A stretch of 64,000 nt of DNA. Origin: Kondoa subrosea. Its lineage: Eukaryota. How positions within the stretch are numbered: position 1 is the stretch's first letter; each line of letters begins with the position of its first letter. The stretch spans positions 558,001 through 622,000 of the forward strand of contig BCIN01000002.1 in assembly GCA_039545335.1 (NCBI GenBank), given 5' to 3'. Below are positions 62,399 through 64,000 of the stretch, one piece after another. The position numbers and the translations under genes were made by a program. The notes below the pieces were generated by a model. It was not told the DNA's origin. It worked only from the letters and a program-made list of their open reading frames with translations, and searched no databases.

Positions 62399-64000
62399 AT
62401 GTTAGCATGCGCCTTCCAAAGGCTAGCTGTACGTGGGCTAGCAGCACCTCGTCTACCTGTGCAAGCAAGATTGTTGATACCATTTCCGCGAATACAAGCC
62501 TTGAGCTCTAGATACCTTGCGACAGCTGCTCCTAAGCCATCAACAGGTCGACATACACGGATAGCACGAAGAAGAAGACGTGCTTTGGCTTCTGTTCTCG
62601 TCGCATTAGGCATTGGATTTTCAGCCTACCAACTTTCTGAACCTTTTCGACACTTTGTGATTGCTATCGAAAGATGTTCTGTTGTGGCCTGGGCTGTTAC
62701 GTTGAATGTGATCGATTACAAGTACTTGTTTTGGCGAACTTGGCCTGGAGAGGAAGAAGGGGATGCCACTGAGAGAGGCAGGCAAGCTAGGAAGGAGAGA
62801 CATGAGTCTTATAGCAGTACACATACTCGATGTGCTAAACGTGTTCTCAACGCTTTACGCAAAGTAGGCCATTGCGATGAAAGCACTCCAACTGTGCTGA
62901 TCATTTCATGTAGAATGGAGGCATCTACATTAAGCTAGGACAGCATATATCATCTATTCAACTCATACCGACTGAATGGGCTTCAACAATGCGGCCTCTT
63001 CAAGATCAATGCAATCCTACCTCATTACCAGAAATCTCTGCACTCTTTCTTTCCGATGTCGGACAATCTATAAGAGATCTCTTCTACGACTTTGATCCAA
63101 ACCCTATTGGAGTAGCGTCGCTGGCTCAAGTACATATCGCAACAGATCGAGAAACAGGCAAGAAAGTAGCAGTGAAAATCATGCATCCAGAATTAGAAGA
63201 TTTCGCAGCAGTAGATATGAAGACTACAACTCTATCCCTTAAAGTGATCAAAACTATTTTCCCTGCTTTTGAGTTCGAATGGCTAGGTCAAGAAATGGAA
63301 GAAAATTTACCACTCGAGATGGATTTCAGACATGAAGCTGCCAATGCTGAAAGGTGCAGAAGAGATTTCAAAGATCTGCCTCAAACGACTTGTGTAATAC
63401 CTCAAGTACTTTGGGCCAAGAAAAGGGTTCTGGTTATGGAATTCATTGATGGTGGAAGAGTCGATAATTTGGAATATCTAGCGAAACACAACATCGATCG
63501 GAACAGAGTCAGTCAAGAGCTTGCCCGGATATTCAGTCAAATGCTGTACTTGAATGGGTCAGTTTTTCCGTTCGTTGCGAGAGCCATACTTAGCTATAGT
63601 GTGTAGCTTCTTTCACGCTGACCCAGTGAGCATCTACTTATTCCTTGAAGAATATGGCGATTGAGTAGTGTCTTCAGCATGCTGGGAATCTCCTCATTCG
63701 ACCTGCTCAGCCCGGCACAAGATCACCGTATAATTTTGAAATCGTCCTGCTAGATCATGGTAAGCATATAGATTGTGTACAGGAAAGTAGCTGATCAATC
63801 TACAGGATTGTACTTTGATCTGTCAGACCATATTCGGTGAGTGAATGGTAGTACTCGATGGCTTTTATCCAATCAGAAGATTACAGTACAAATTATGCTC
63901 GGTTATGGCTAGCTCTGATTTCTCCTTCGACGAAGAAAACTGAAGCTGATCGAAGGCATTATGCTAAACTTGTCGGCAATGTGAGCTCTTGCGATTCTCG
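62399..64000 (+). CDS. ABC1/UbiB atypical kinase (ADCK1/Mcp2-like), truncated by the window end
   Basis: Mitochondrial presequence; NGGIYIKLGQH, LQDQC, ASLAQVH, VAVK, HADP|HAGN, LLDHG. Confidence 0.92.

Noticed and set aside
1..64000. CRISPR arrays, rRNA, tRNA, prokaryotic operons or defence systems
   Set aside because: No repeat-spacer array or recognisable structural RNA was seen; the genes carry spliceosomal introns. Small ncRNAs could have been missed by eye.

Overview
Gene-dense, intron-rich fungal nuclear DNA with many introns of about 45-70 nt and several micro-exons. It is most likely a basidiomycete (Pucciniomycotina is a guess). About 30 protein-coding genes can be rebuilt by hand-splicing the fragmented ORF track. 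They include a GNAT, a GPI-type glyoxal oxidase (AA5), a head-to-head FAD monooxygenase/hotdog thioesterase pair, three divergent cutinases around SRP102, an Ady2-type transporter, a Nup1-like FG nucleoporin, an OPT transporter, a GT32, a DnaJ protein, a BTB protein, a tandem double-GNAT, a CSC1/OSCA channel, two tandem Cld1/Ict1-like hydrolases, RPS26, a protein with four dsRBD-like modules, ACS, an RTA1-like protein, NDUFS3, RPN8 and an ABC1 kinase. The clearest non-genic structure is a 1540-bp internally deleted CACTA/EnSpm-like DNA transposon (535-2074) with 50-bp CACGG-starting TIRs, a 3-bp CGA target-site duplication and two convergent truncated genes. I saw no CRISPR, rRNA or tRNA. Family calls come from motif recognition only; no database searches were run and exon boundaries are manual. 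I cannot claim a proven new biological system. The best leads are the transposon, the WAG/GYSKG cutinase trio, the double GNAT, the multi-dsRBD protein and a duplicated splice acceptor.
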